From a virus, in the IMG/VR virus record IMGVR_UViG_3300014202_000807: a stretch of DNA of 64,000 nt; one strand, given 5' to 3'. This document shows, piece after piece, positions 39,671 through 50,100 of this stretch; the first letter of the stretch is position 1, and every line of letters starts with the position of its first letter. The notes under the pieces are model-generated. The model was not told where the DNA came from. It worked only from the letters and a program-made list of their open reading frames with translations, and did no database searches. Both the position numbers and the translations under genes were made by a program.

Positions 39671-39994
39671 TTATTCATAGAATCGGATTATTCCACCCTT
39701 AATGATTGTGCCCTTGTGCGGTTGTCCGTTTCCGTCAATCCACGACAGAGATAATTCATAATTGCCTGGCACAGTAACTTTGTTTGGCTTGATGTAGAGC
39801 ATCAGAGCATTTTGAGACTCTATCTGTATCTCCGCCGCGCTCATGGCGAAAGAAGCGGTAATGTTGCTGTCAAGCGTATTCTTGAGCGTCAGCGTTATTT
39901 CCTGAATGTCACTCGCATCATAATCAAGAGAATTGAATATTTTGATGGCTACTTTATGGGCTACGCCAACATACGCCCTTCCTGATATGCTCAT
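39671..39994 (-). CDS. Small Ig/BppU-like protein
   Basis: PGNYELSLSW.D.NG pattern. Confidence 0.5.
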   Translation of the reverse strand: MSISGRAYVGVAHKVAIKIFNSLDYDASDIQEITLTLKNTLDSNITASFAMSAAEIQIESQNALMLYIKPNKVTVPGNYELSLSWIDGNGQPHKGTIIKGGIIRFYE

Positions 39995-41763
39995 AATCGT
40001 ATAACTATCGGCCCGTCAAAAGTTTTAACCTTGATTGTGAAATCGAGTGGAACATAAACGAATCCACCGGACACAAAAATCACCAACGACTTGTCCGCCT
40101 CTTTTGCCTGCCTGATTAAATCTACTTTTCTGCTTGAAATGGATAAAGCAGAATCGTTTTCTATCGATTTAATCAGGGTTGACAGGGAAATGACTTGCAC
40201 CTGCCTTGCGCTATCAGACTCAAATGCCTGAACTATCTCAGCAACACTGATCGAGCCAATGATAGATGCTGAATCAATGCTTCCGGCAGGCTGTATTCCG
40301 AGTGCGCCGATGCGAACAAGGTGAACTGCGCCTTCAGTCTCACCGGCCTGCGTGATTGAATCAATTTTCAGCGCCGAAATCGCATTTGTCGTATTAGATT
40401 CATTGCCGGGAATAATTACTATCGTTTCCGGCGATGTAATGAATCCAGACGCATCACTTTCGATGGCGCTCAGAATCTCTTTTGATTTGGCAGAATGCAG
40501 ATCGATGGACAGGCAAGATTCCGACCCGGGCGAAATTTCCTGAACCTTTGTTGATGACAGAAAGCCGGATGCGCTTATTTCGATAGCCTGCGCTATGGCC
40601 ATTAACTGCAATCCATCAACCTGGATAGCTGAATCAGATTCTACGGCTGATGATATTTGCGCGTAACTCACCGGATCGACCGGAAGCGATGCGCTTAATT
40701 CAGATGATTCTGATATTGAAAGAATCGACAGAGAATCAATTATTTTGGATGAATCAATTTCTATTGATGCATTTATAACGCCATGCTTTGCGCCATCAAG
40801 AGCTGGCGCATAATCATTCTCAATAGCCGCAATTACCGACCTCAATGAATCGCCAAACAAGGCTGATGACTGACCAACCTCAGCGGTCTGGTCAATTGAG
40901 TCAACCTTGATTGATGACAGGATATTCGCACCATCGACCTCATTACCCGGAAGCATCAGCGTTACATCTGGGGTCGTAATCGCTACCGAATAATCAATCT
41001 CAGTAGAAACGAAGACCTGATTTAATTTCTGCGCAAACAACTGAGCAGAATCATTTGCTTCGGTTGCGATATTAATCAGACCAGAACTATGACCAAAAAC
41101 CTGATTACCCGAGTCGGTTTCCAGCGAACACTGAATGTCATCTGTTTTTATCGACAGCACCGACATCGAGTAATCATTTTCAATCGGCGGAGCAATGACC
41201 AGCATGGACTGACGAAAAACCAGCAGAGACGAATCTGACTCAATTGAAACATCAATAACAGACACCGAATCGCTTGATACGGCCATTGATGAATCGTTTT
41301 CTGCGGCATTCGATAGCTGAGATACTTTGTCTGCTAAAATATTGATAGCTGAATCGTTTTCTGACGAAATCAGGATGGGTGATGATGATGCGCGGTCAAT
41401 ATTTAGCGAATGGTTAGACTCGTTCGCCGACAATATGGCATTAGCTGGTAGCGACTCGGTATTTAATGATGCGTCTGACTCGGCAGCAAAGCCAATCTCA
41501 GTGGGAGCGAATACCTGATGCCAAGTATTAACAACCGGGCCGCCCAATCCAAGGCGGGTGATTTGAACAATGTTGTATGGTGGAAATATCGGCGGCTCTT
41601 CTTCGTCCTGAGCGCCCCAGAAATTAACAACCGGGCCGCCCAATCCAAGGCGGGTGATTTGAGTAAGGTTTGATGGTGGAGACGTTACCGGATCATCACC
41701 GCCGCCAGTAATTTCCCAATGATTGACTACAGGCCCACCAAGCCCAAGCTTGGTTATCTGCAT
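39991..41763 (-). CDS. Repeat-rich fibre-like protein
   Basis: QIT(K/R)LGLGGPVVN x3, then about 20-aa A.E.D.A repeats. Confidence 0.65.
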   Translation of the reverse strand: MQITKLGLGGPVVNHWEITGGGDDPVTSPPSNLTQITRLGLGGPVVNFWGAQDEEEPPIFPPYNIVQITRLGLGGPVVNTWHQVFAPTEIGFAAESDASLNTESLPANAILSANESNHSLNIDRASSSPILISSENDSAINILADKVSQLSNAAENDSSMAVSSDSVSVIDVSIESDSSLLVFRQSMLVIAPPIENDYSMSVLSIKTDDIQCSLETDSGNQVFGHSSGLINIATEANDSAQLFAQKLNQVFVSTEIDYSVAITTPDVTLMLPGNEVDGANILSSIKVDSIDQTAEVGQSSALFGDSLRSVIAAIENDYAPALDGAKHGVINASIEIDSSKIIDSLSILSISESSELSASLPVDPVSYAQISSAVESDSAIQVDGLQLMAIAQAIEISASGFLSSTKVQEISPGSESCLSIDLHSAKSKEILSAIESDASGFITSPETIVIIPGNESNTTNAISALKIDSITQAGETEGAVHLVRIGALGIQPAGSIDSASIIGSISVAEIVQAFESDSARQVQVISLSTLIKSIENDSALSISSRKVDLIRQAKEADKSLVIFVSGGFVYVPLDFTIKVKTFDGPIVIRL

Positions 41764-41778
41764 TGATTTCTACCGTTC

Positions 41779-42627
41779 CTATGTCAGCACGGCCACGGCA
41801 TCAGCGCCAACCGCCGCCGCAACTTGGGTTATCGTAGCAACACCAGTGGATGCATTGTAAGACTGTATCAATGCGCGCTGGTCTTTCAGCGCAGCCGGGG
41901 AACTGAACACTAGTGCAGCATTTTTGTAAATCTGGTCACTGGCATTGTTTGGTGATGCGCCATCGACTGTGGCAAGTATTGCCGTGGTTGTCGTGCCGCC
42001 AGCACCGAATGTTACCGGAACAGCCCTCTTCGCGTGATTCTTTAAATTCACTGCGGCAGAAGTGTCATTATCTATCGCCTGCAATGTTACCGGGACACGC
42101 CCACTGACCAACCCGGCAACGGTTCTTGTGCCAATATCAATAACCGCATCATTCACATCTTTAAGCATCCCATCCGGATCTTCAATCAAAGACCTAACCA
42201 GGGTTGCTGAATACTCATCTATCCTAACCTCGCCAGCGCCAGATACATTTAACTGGTCAAAATTAAGTGGAATCTGGTTATCAATGGCGGCTATATCGGC
42301 TGATAGTGAAGCGCCACCGGGTGCCCCGATACGGCTGAAGCTATCCCCGGATTGCGGGAATCCAGGGTAAATATTGAGCGCCGTCGGGACTGCCCCGGTG
42401 CCCTCGAATGAAAATAAAATATGATCGTAGTTCGTCTCTGATTGGGCTGGCGCATACGTATGATCACCGCCGCCCTTATGCGTGCATATTCCGCTACCAA
42501 CCGACCCAATTGTTCTGGAACCATTATTTCCCGTGACATAAACAGTAACAGCGCCGGTAAACGCCGAACCATCAGCCGTTGAAATCATCTTAACGCCAAC
42601 AACCTGACCAGCTACATTCTTTTTCAT
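41779..42627 (-). CDS. Virion structural protein
   Basis: MKKNVAGQ N-terminus; Thr/Ala-rich C-terminus. Confidence 0.6.
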   Translation of the reverse strand: MKKNVAGQVVGVKMISTADGSAFTGAVTVYVTGNNGSRTIGSVGSGICTHKGGGDHTYAPAQSETNYDHILFSFEGTGAVPTALNIYPGFPQSGDSFSRIGAPGGASLSADIAAIDNQIPLNFDQLNVSGAGEVRIDEYSATLVRSLIEDPDGMLKDVNDAVIDIGTRTVAGLVSGRVPVTLQAIDNDTSAAVNLKNHAKRAVPVTFGAGGTTTTAILATVDGASPNNASDQIYKNAALVFSSPAALKDQRALIQSYNASTGVATITQVAAAVGADAVAVLT

Positions 42628-43670
42628 CCCACGATTACCCTATTATTTGAATTAACAATCCATGCTGGCAAGAAACCACCACCGCCGCCCTCATCAACGA
42701 ACTCAAACGCGCCGATATCCCACGCAGCGCCCTGCGGTCTTGATACGCCAATAATATCTTCCTCCGTAGCAACGAATTCAGCCCTGTCGTACGAGCCATA
42801 ATTTGTTGCCAGATCAGCCCCGGCATTTACCAAAGCGCTTTCTGCATGCAGCGATAAATCATTCGTGGCGTAATTCGTGAAATCGCCAGATAAGATATTT
42901 GCAATTGCTCCTGCGCCCGGAACATCCGTTGTAACTGCTGCGTCCGTGGCATTATTTGAACTGTTTGCGGTGCTAAAGTGGTCTGCAAGAGGCGTTGCAT
43001 ACTTGTTTGTTCCGCCAACAACCACCGTATTCTTACAAGTTATTCTTCCCGATCCGCTTGTTCCTGACTTCTTAATTCCGTCAGTACAGTTCTTGAATGT
43101 TGTATTAAAAATATCGAATGGATACCAATTCGGCGTAATTATTCCCTCAGCCGAGTTGTATGCGATTGAATCCATAATTGCAGTGTTTGCTCCCCCGCCA
43201 GACATCCTGAACGCCACGCCAGCAGACTTTGCAATACAATTCTTGAGCAGGATTCTGCCGGTTCCGGCCCGATTACAGAAAAATCCCCAGCCACTCGCGT
43301 GAGTGTTTTCTACATCAAGTCCAACGATGTAGATATTACCGGTATCGCCAATCGTCACAATGCCATCGAACCCGAGACTTTTGCGCAGATACAACCCGGA
43401 CTGCGGGGTTCCGTCTCCCCTAGAACCCTCAGCGACTTCGATCAATACGAAATCACTCGCGCCCCATCCGGTTATCGCAAAACTGTCCACCATTTCCCCG
43501 GAGCCAGACGCAATGACGTGATGCCAATTTGCGCCGCCCATATTCGTGGCTTCCGCTGCCTGCCATTCAGAAAATGTTGCGTAAGCTCTATCCGAGCCAG
43601 ACGTGGCATTTGTCGTGCCATTGCCGCCAGGCGTAGAGTCTTTGTTGATGTATCTAAGTATTTCGGGCAT
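42624..43670 (-). CDS. Beta-helix-like virion protein
   Basis: Asn/Gly-rich repeats; DIIG.SRPQGAAWDIGAFE C-terminal motif. Confidence 0.65.
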   Translation of the reverse strand: MPEILRYINKDSTPGGNGTTNATSGSDRAYATFSEWQAAEATNMGGANWHHVIASGSGEMVDSFAITGWGASDFVLIEVAEGSRGDGTPQSGLYLRKSLGFDGIVTIGDTGNIYIVGLDVENTHASGWGFFCNRAGTGRILLKNCIAKSAGVAFRMSGGGANTAIMDSIAYNSAEGIITPNWYPFDIFNTTFKNCTDGIKKSGTSGSGRITCKNTVVVGGTNKYATPLADHFSTANSSNNATDAAVTTDVPGAGAIANILSGDFTNYATNDLSLHAESALVNAGADLATNYGSYDRAEFVATEEDIIGVSRPQGAAWDIGAFEFVDEGGGGGFLPAWIVNSNNRVIVG

Positions 43671-43713
43671 TCAGTTATTAGTAAAACCTGAGTTATTGAC
43701 TGAATGCAGTGTA

Positions 43714-44121
43714 TTATTTCGCCTCCATGTCGGAGTCGTACAATTTCCAGAATTCTCCGCTTTCGCCATCCAACATGAAGGAATTGTTGTAAATGATGCT
43801 GGATGCCAGATTAACTTCCCTGAATTCATTCGCCATGATCAATGTTTCAACATCCGTATCGCCACGGTATACATCTGCAACCATCGGATCGGATTGGCTG
43901 CCAAGGTCATGACCGCTTCGATTCATGATGTCCTTCAATGCCCACCAATAAGGTCCGTAATCACGATAACGCGCCTTATCTTTCTTCAGCCTGTCAGCTA
44001 TAACGCCAAGACCGAATTCAAGCAGATTTGTTATTCCTAGATTCACTCTAAGGTTTGATTCGCGCTCATCGACACGCTTCTTGATCAATTCCTTGTCAAA
44101 AAAATATTCTGTAAAAGCCAT
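43714..44121 (-). CDS. Hypothetical protein downstream of DarB
   Basis: AAGGAG RBS; YRDYGPYWWALK. Confidence 0.65.
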   Translation of the reverse strand: MAFTEYFFDKELIKKRVDERESNLRVNLGITNLLEFGLGVIADRLKKDKARYRDYGPYWWALKDIMNRSGHDLGSQSDPMVADVYRGDTDVETLIMANEFREVNLASSIIYNNSFMLDGESGEFWKLYDSDMEAK

Positions 44122-44136
44122 GATCTGGTTCTCCTT

Positions 44137-47100
44137 TTAGGCAACAATTCTTACGCTGTATTTCTCGGCATTATCGCCGTACTCTTTGATCAGAGCATCA
44201 TAAACAGTACGCTTGATAACCCACGTGTTTATTGGCGCATTGGGCTTGTTTTTTGCAGTTTCAACGTCATAATGCTTTGGCCCTGCCTTACCTATCCATG
44301 CCGCCTTTTCTCCAATTCCTTCAGCGAATTCACGGACACTGACAATCTTTGTAAAGCCATACTCGGATTGCATTGCCACCCAATCATCGGAAGACTCCAG
44401 CGACACAGATGAATTCACGTTTTCGTCTGCACCATCAGGCTTTGGTATGGCTTTTATTGCATCGCCAATGGCTTTCCTGAACGAGTAAGGAAGGTATTCG
44501 GTTGATTGATCACCAACCCCGTCATAGTCAATCCATTCTGTGGCGTTCCTGACATAAGCAAGGGCATTGCTGATAATTTCCTGCTCAGCTCCGCCAGTCA
44601 GTGACGCAGAAAAGGAATTAAAATCGACCTCTTTTTCAATTGCGGCAGAAGTCCAAGAGTTGCCGCCAAGATCAGAAAAAGTGAGTTTCATTTTGTGTGC
44701 CTTGGCATACTCAATCAGGTTTTTTCTTTGATCGTAGTAAGATGTCTTCTCTCGCACATCAAGACTGCTTGAAACCACAAACTTTGAACGATCTATGGAT
44801 TTAATAACCTCTTTTTGAGACTCAACAATCTTGCGCATAACCGGCGTAGTCGGCTCTTCACCGATGACTGTCGGGAAATATGGCTGAGGAAGCAGGTAAC
44901 TGTAGATAGAATACTCCGCCAGCATTTCAACCTTGCGCCTTTGCGCCACCTCCGGAACGATCTCGCTGAATTTGTTATCCACAACACCGGAATTCGCTAT
45001 GTCATCCTCGATCTTTGCGGCATCAATCAGACATTGTTCATATTCAGCAGTGCCAGGGTATATCAATTCACTCTTTTTCAGGAATTCGACCATGCTTGCG
45101 GACAGAATGCTGTTACTGCCCGGATTGAAAGCAATAGCTTTTCTTCCGTTATTGTAGGAAACCCCTAGATGACCCTCCTGAAATCTGGCGAATGTACCAT
45201 CAACAATCGGCTTTCCGTCAAGAACCGCCCCCTTGCCATCGGAAATCAGTTCAACTATTTTTTGCGGGTAACTTCCAGACTCTTTTGATTGACGAATAAA
45301 GTTCTGCGTTGATTCCGATATCATGGATTTGGCCATATCAACTTCCACCTGCCATTCATTCCATGCTGGGGAATTTTCCTTCACGCCGATACTGAATGCC
45401 GGGTATTTCTTGCCGCGTAGAATTTCTTCTACATCGCTCTCCTTTCTTGATCTGTTTGAACTGTTTATTTCAGCAAACATTTCGTCAATGGAATATGCTT
45501 CATGCCGCAATTCAATTGTTGCCGAACGGGAAACATGCTCTCTGATACCAGCAATCCTTGCATTTATCTCTGCAAGCAAAGCGGTATTCTTCAAAACGGC
45601 GGACTGACTGGCGATAGGGCTATTGATTCTTTCATTCAACATCAATGCCTGATTCTTGAGCTTCCACATGCCCATTAACTTTGACACCACCATATTCGCA
45701 GGATCTTCATTTTCTCTTAGGAATTTATTCTGTTTGCGGATCGTATCAATATTGATCATCTGCTTATCACGATTTGTTGCTGCGCGTGATTCTGCTTCTT
45801 TGGCCGCTATCGTTTCCTGCAATCTGGTCATCGCATCAGCATCGCCAACGGTATCAATAAGCGCTTCCATCTGCTCTTTTGAAAGTCCGCCTGTGACGGC
45901 AACACTATCGCCACCATCCTGACCCAGAACCTGCCCTATCCAGTCGGCCTTTTTATTCACCATCGAGCGTTTAGTAGTATCGAAAGTGCCGTCCGCATCG
46001 TAGTAATAGATGCTTACCCGTTGCGTTTTGTTGCCCTGCCTGACCCCACGCCCGTTACGTTGCTCAAGGCTGTCCGGCGTCCACCCAATAGTAAGGTGAT
46101 GGATTGCCTGCGTACCTTTTTGCAGGTTAATCCCAACCTCCGCCTTTTCATTGGCTATAACAGTGCGGTACTTGTTTCCCTCGCCATTTGCATTGAATCC
46201 GTCCTGAACATCCAGGATCTCATCCGGCGAATTGTTTTTTTTGCCGGTGATGATTGCAATAGCTCCAGAAGGAACACCGGCTCGCTTGGTCAGTAGGCGC
46301 TTTATTTTGTTGTGCAGTGGAAGTATGTCGCAGAATATGATCTGCTTTACGATTGACGATACCTGTCCGTTTTCATCTATCCCGCGTGGCGTGACCTGTT
46401 CGTTCTGGAAATTTTCCAGCATCGCGGCAAGCTTTGGCGGAACGGACACATCAAGATCAAGACCGGCTTTTTCGGCCATGTCCTCGAATTTTGTCTGAGT
46501 ATCAGGATCAATGGTATCAATGACAATCCTTGAGTCCTGATTTATCCTTGCTTGAACATGGATTTTCAATAACTCAATTGCATCACCGCCAGAATCCTTG
46601 ACTATCTTCTTGCCGACAATTGCATCACCTGAAGTCATCGGGCCGGGCCGCTGACGTTCTTCCGTGAATTTCTTGTTATTGAACTGATCAACCACGGACT
46701 TGGCGATATCTGCCTGCGGGGATATAAAATTGTAGAATGTCGCCCTATTATCAAGCTCAGGATCGGCAATCAACATCGTCATTTTGTTGATCAGGTTGAA
46801 CGGGTGCCCTATCAGGTCAATAGGTTCGCCGAAATGATCAGATACCGCCTCAAATGCTTCCGGGTCGCCCCTATTTGGCATCTTGTTGCTTATATCGTCA
46901 ATAGCGAAGCGAAAAGCCGATTTATAAAGACGAAGGCGATCAACAATATCGTTTGTCAAGGCCACGTGTGATTGCTTTTCTTCCCGGTTCGGAACAACAA
47001 TCTGCTCGCCAACATCTTCAGCAGTTTTGATCGTGGCCACATCACCAATGGCCTTGCGAAGAATGCCAAGGTTATTCAACCCAACAAATACATCGGTTGT

Positions 47101-50100
47101 ACGCGCAACGCCATCAATACTCACATCATCCTGATTTTCTTTCTGTACAAAGATGTTCATGAAATCGTCAGCGCCCTTTACTCCAAGACACATATCGTTA
47201 ACTCGGTCATGGCCAGCGGATAGCGATAGCATTGAGTAAATCTCTAGCGGACTATTTGTTATTGGCGTGGCTGTCAGCATGAGCACGCCGTCCTTTAGTG
47301 GCGATTTGCCGCGTATGTACCATGCTTTTGCCTGGGCGTCTATGCCTCGTTTAGATACCGAAGAAAGAGACAGGAATTTGGCGCTCTTGAAATCAATTGT
47401 CTCGGATGAGTTTTTAAAACAATTGTGTACTAGGATTCCTTCTGCGAAGAAATTGTGATTATCTTTGACTGTAATATCGTAGACATAACCGTCTGAACAC
47501 ACCCCTCCAAATCTTCCATCACCTGTTTGTTCGAGAACCTCAACACTTTCCACCCCAACGATTCCAGAAAGTTGTCTTTCTTCGCATCCATAGCCTTTAC
47601 TTTCCTGCTTAGATGACTCATTCCATCCACCTCTATCGCTATCATCAAATTCTGATTTGCCAAATCCAGCTTGTAGTGAGTAGGTATCCCGTTCCCTTTG
47701 GGAACTCTCGTTTTTACAATGAATTCCATCGACCAGTTTAACGCTTGCGCCAACATAGCTTGCGGAACTGTCGCACCCTTTCCGTTGCCTCCCCTGTTCT
47801 TGATCTTTACCCCTTTCTGAACGCCACTCTTCAATCGTTTTAATCTGTTCTTCTCTACAGCCTCGGGAGTTTGCAGCCAATTGTGTTGCATTAAAGCCTC
47901 TCGGTGCTTGGCCTTTTTCGATTCGCTTCTCAATGACATTTTCATGGACTCCGAATTCTTGTGCCTCCATTTCGTGGAGCAAGACCTCCCGCAAAAAAAT
48001 TGACTTGCCTTCCCGGTTACATATTTCCAATTCTGCACGTGATTCAGCTCGAACTCCGCTCCGCATTCCACGCAATTCTTGTAGATTGGAACTTTCTTTA
48101 TCTTGGAAGCATAGCTGCACTTGCTTGAGCAATAAATTTTGCCCCCCTTTTTTATGCTCTTTTGATGGTGCCTCGCTGCCGTGAATTCTTGTTTGCATTG
48201 GTCGCACGTCACTACCGGACGCGACTTTTCTGAACATTTCCACATCCTCTTCGACGAACAAGAGGTGCTGCAAAACACATCCACTCCCGGATTTCTGGCC
48301 AACTTCCTTGTTTGATAATAACTCGGGACGAATTTTATTCCGCAATTGCTGCAATTCATTTCCATCTGCTGTTTTTGAATAATTGAAATACACATTATAC
48401 TCATTATTCAAAAACTCTGCTTTTATATAGCCTACATTGGGGACAAAAAACGGATGATCGTGTGTTGAAACAATGCTTTGTCCATTTGATAGGTTAACCC
48501 TTACCAATTTCGACGGCCTTCTGCGCATCACATCTGTAACTGTCTTATACTCTATCTCTCCACTACGATGGTTAACCGATCTTACCTTGTCCCCAATTTT
48601 TAGATTTTCTATAGGAATTCCATCAACCAGAGTCCCGGCAGGAAAACAATGCCCTTCATCAATGACAATGCTATCCACGCCCATATCCTCAAGATACGGC
48701 GCGCTACCGGTCTTTGATGACAATATTGCGAGCAAGCCTGATTGTTTTCCTTTTGCCCTTTCATCAGCAGCCTTATCTTCTTTTTCTGAGAAACTACTAT
48801 CCACGCTCCTCAGATAAGACTCGTAATCAGCAATTGTTCCATCCCGCAAGCGGATGCGCTCAAAAGCCTCCATCGTCATGAAAATTTTGCTGTGGCGGTT
48901 TTCCATCACGGAGGTTAAATCAGCATCAAAATTAGAAGACTTTACGGTCGCGTCTCCATTCTTGTTTTCACGCAAACCAATAAAAAGAGTTCCATCCATG
49001 CTTGCGTATGCGCGTGATGCTTCTTTACGCCAGTTCGATAATACGGAGTTTGGTACAACAAAGAATGTTTTGGTCTTGACACCGATGCTTTGCACGTACT
49101 GAACTGCTGCGAGCGACTGAAACGTCTTCCCTAGTCCAACCCCGTGCCCATTTATGCCGCCGAATTCACGACTCATGCGACGCACAAACGCATTCTGGTA
49201 TCCGTGCAACTTGATAGCATCACCCATGCCAGGAATAACCAACCCGGCATCGTCATCTACTTGCCTGAATCTAAGCTTATTCGGATCTGATGCCATGGCA
49301 TCAAGGCGATCCATAATGACCCTATTTCCGCGAACCCATCCATTGAACTGCTCATTCGCGGTATTGACCATCTTGCGTAGCTCTTTCAGGGCATCGGCGT
49401 TACTCATGCCTAAATTCTTAAGACCACTAAGCGTTATCGTCCCGCTCTTCATGTAATCGCCAATGCGATTTATGAGTTTCTCCTTGACAGTTTTGTCACT
49501 ACCCTTAATGTCAATATCTACCCTCGTTTTGCCGGTTACTTCGTCATAAATTACAGCGGCGGACGGGTGGATAAATCGGCGCATGAATTCGGCCTTTTCT
49601 TCATTCGTCACGTATGGGCTAAAGAGATTGAAGTTAAGCCTTGAAACATCAACCTTATCCACACGGCTTTCGGCATCAAGTTTCTGGCGAAGCAGTTTAT
49701 CGCGCACTTTATCGTCTGTGGCCGAATTAATCTCAGCATCAATGCGTTTCATGAATTCGGCATAATTGCCGACATAATAATCATCCGCCTTTGTTACCGA
49801 ACGTCCATCGGATGAAATGCACCACTCAGGATCTTCAATAGGGCTGAAATCTTCACCATACAACCCCCTGGCATCTTCAAGGGATACCCATATTGATTTG
49901 GTCTTGTAGCGCAACCCCTCAAATCCGGCATCCGCTGAAATTTCAACCGAATTCAACGATTGAGACACATCCCCGCGCCATATAGCCGAAAATCCAGACT
50001 TCTTCTGATAATGAACACCAATCAGATTGAGTCCGTCCTTGATCTTTCCGCCAATAACGGATGGTCTGCTTTTGGCTACCGTGGATACGACTTGCATGCC

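Noticed and set aside
41527..41662. DGR template/variable repeat pair
   Set aside because: The copies are identical with no adenine-specific differences, and there is no reverse transcriptase in the window.
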